A stretch of 64,000 bases of DNA. Source: Vicugna vicugna (Eukaryota). Made by a program: the position numbers and the translations under genes. Location: positions 1,937,061 through 2,001,060 of the forward strand of contig MU058423.1 in NCBI GenBank assembly GCA_013265495.1. Direction: 5' to 3'. Each line of letters starts with the position of its first letter. Position 1 is the first letter of the stretch. Below, piece after piece: positions 61,781 to 64,000 of the stretch. Under the pieces are notes generated by a model, which saw only the letters and a program-made list of their open reading frames with translations, searched no databases and was not told where the DNA came from.

Positions 61781-64000
61781 TTCCAAAGTAAAGAAAACTA
61801 AAGAGACGTGACAATAAAATCAATGCAAGATGCCATATTATATACCAGGTGGGGACAAAGCTATAAAGGACAACACTAGGACAACTAATGAAAGTTGAAA
61901 ATGTATTCTGAGTTAGTTAATAATAATATATTGATGTTGGATTTCCTGGTTTTGATCATTATGCTGCAGTTATAGAGATATTGCCTTTGATCTCAGAAAT
62001 ACATGCTGAAATATTTAAGGGTAAATAAAGGGACATGATAGCTCCAACTTACTCTAAATGGTTCAGAAAACTTTCAAGAAATGAATCATTTCCTCCGATT
62101 TTGTTGCCCTGCAGTCCTTATGCTTCACATGATCTAATCTGTCTTTTCAAGTTTTAGCCATAAAATAACCATTCCAGTCAACCAGCGGGGCAGAAGATGG
62201 GAGGAGGATCAGCAGGTTCTCCTCCTCTTAAGACACTACCTGGACGTAACTCACTAAGATTCCACTTCTGTCTCATTCACCAGAATGTAGACTCTGGCCA
62301 CACTTAACAAGGAAGGCTGGGAAGTGTATTCTGTATCTACTTTGGCCCAGCTGGAAATCAGGGGCCTTATTTCTAAGGAAAAGGAAGAGAGCAAGCACTG
62401 GGATCACCAGTAATCCCTTCCTCAAGTACCTACTGGGTCAATCACACGACACAATGCATGGAAAGCTCATGGTACTTAGCAAGATTCAGTTAAAACTGTC
62501 ATTTCATGATTTCACTTACATTATCCAATTTGATCCTCATAGTAATCATATGAGTTAAGGTAAATATGTTTATCTTAACTGCAGATTGGGAAACTAAGAT
62601 TCAGAGAGGCTAATTACAGTTGTCGCTGGTGGTGGTAGTTTTTGTTTGCTTTGTTTTAAGGAAGGAGACAGTCGAGTCTAAGGGAAAGGAGTGGGAGCCT
62701 AATTCTGGAGTCCCAGCTTCTTGAGACAGAATCTACCTTCCATAAAATCCTGTAATTCTATGTCCCGTGACTTTCTGAATATGGTGCATAAATCTGCAAG
62801 GTGTGGGATGGAACGCAAGTCCACTAACTACCACTGTGGGGCGCTTTCCCACTGTCTCCCATTTGAATCAGATTGTTGAAAATGACATGGCTCTCTAGCA
62901 GCAGCCGCTCCTTCCCACGGGTTGAAATCTGAACAAATAAATCAGATTATACAATTTACGAATAGATAATCCAAATAAAAGCCAGCCTTTACTGAGCACA
63001 TACTGCATACTAGGCACTGTGCTAAAACTCTCCCCACACTGGCTTGCTTCACCCTCACAACAACCTGAGGAGACAGGTAGGCTTATAATCCCCTTTTTCA
63101 TCAGGTAAGGAAACCAAGGCCTAGAGAGCCAATGTATTTTACAAATATTTGAGAAGAAGAATATGTGTACTCCAGAGGGTTTGGTTCTTTCCCAGTCCTG
63201 AAAAGCATTTGATTTGAAGTCATCTTTACATCTTAGGGGTGACATTGCTGGTTGCCTCCCCAGTATCCATTCTCTCCTGTGCTGTGAACAGATACAAAGT
63301 TTTGACAGGGAAAACTTCCATAACAAATGGTGTAGACAGTTCCTGAGGTCACCAATATAGTAGGAAAATATATAGTTAACTGTGTTACTATCTGCCTACT
63401 TTAAGATAAATGGTGCTTTAGCCTTAGTGGTTTATAGCAGCTGGAAGAGAGTATTTCATTTGATTGTAGGCAGTTTAGAGGTGAAAATTGGGTGTCTTGC
63501 AAAGGAGATGGGAATTCAGGGTCTCTCAGTTATTGGACGCAACTTCTAAAGACAGAGGCAATAAAAGCTTTCTTTGCTACTTCTTATTGGCTATTCCGCA
63601 AAATTCTCTTGCTACTCCCTGTGTTGGGTGGAGATTCCGATTTAAAGAGCCCTTGATGGTGTTTTCTGTGTAGTTGTCCTGTGTCTCACATGTCAAATTC
63701 CATCCACCTATAAACACTGGTGAGGTTATAAAGTTAATAGAATGTGAGTGCTTCTGTCACCAACTGTATTTCAATTGGACACAAAGTTGTAGATTTTATA
63801 TTTCCTAGGGTGTTTATTACATAGAGTATCTCACACAAATGCAATTAACTTCTGAGATCTCACAAGCCATCTCTGTGAGCCCACTATTACCAAGAAGCAG
63901 CCAGCTTTGAGGAAAACCAGCCCCTCAACCCAGATGCAAATAACCTAGTGGGAAAAAAAAAATAGACTTCTGCAAATGTTTACATTCATATTAACATGAC

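Noticed and set aside
62150..64000. Possible MLT1-type LTR relics and MIR pieces at the right end
   Set aside because: Too degraded for me to set boundaries or family reliably by eye.

Overview
Mammalian genomic DNA, probably a cetartiodactyl and possibly a camelid (inferred from L1 style and the lack of recognisable young SINEs). It carries the conserved LAMTOR5 - SLC16A4 - RBM15 block. The last LAMTOR5 exon lies at the left end (+). SLC16A4/MCT5 is complete and intact (+): one non-coding exon and 8 coding exons, all GT-AG, 1509-nt CDS, 502 aa. RBM15 is convergent (-): a 2.9-kb first coding exon, two small alternative 3' exons and a CpG-island promoter. The rest is intron or intergenic DNA with L1, L2/MIR, LTR and DNA-transposon relics. 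The most notable observations are: (1) a tailless 5'-half tRNA-Gln(CTG) retrocopy with an 18-bp target-site duplication; (2) a perfect 61-bp tandem duplication of the SLC16A4 exon-2 splice acceptor that changes uORF-to-start spacing from 10 to 71 nt; (3) a chimeric 4.8-kb ERV1-type provirus with two PBS-like sites, head-to-head with SLC16A4 exon 1; (4) an RBM15 cassette exon whose stop is 65 nt upstream of the last junction (NMD-predicted); (5) an 8-codon out-of-frame ORF between the two RBM15 start codons; (6) a visually apparent strand skew suggesting RBM15 read-through across SLC16A4. No wholly new multi-gene system is supported. Gene and repeat names come from recognition and memory, not from database searches.
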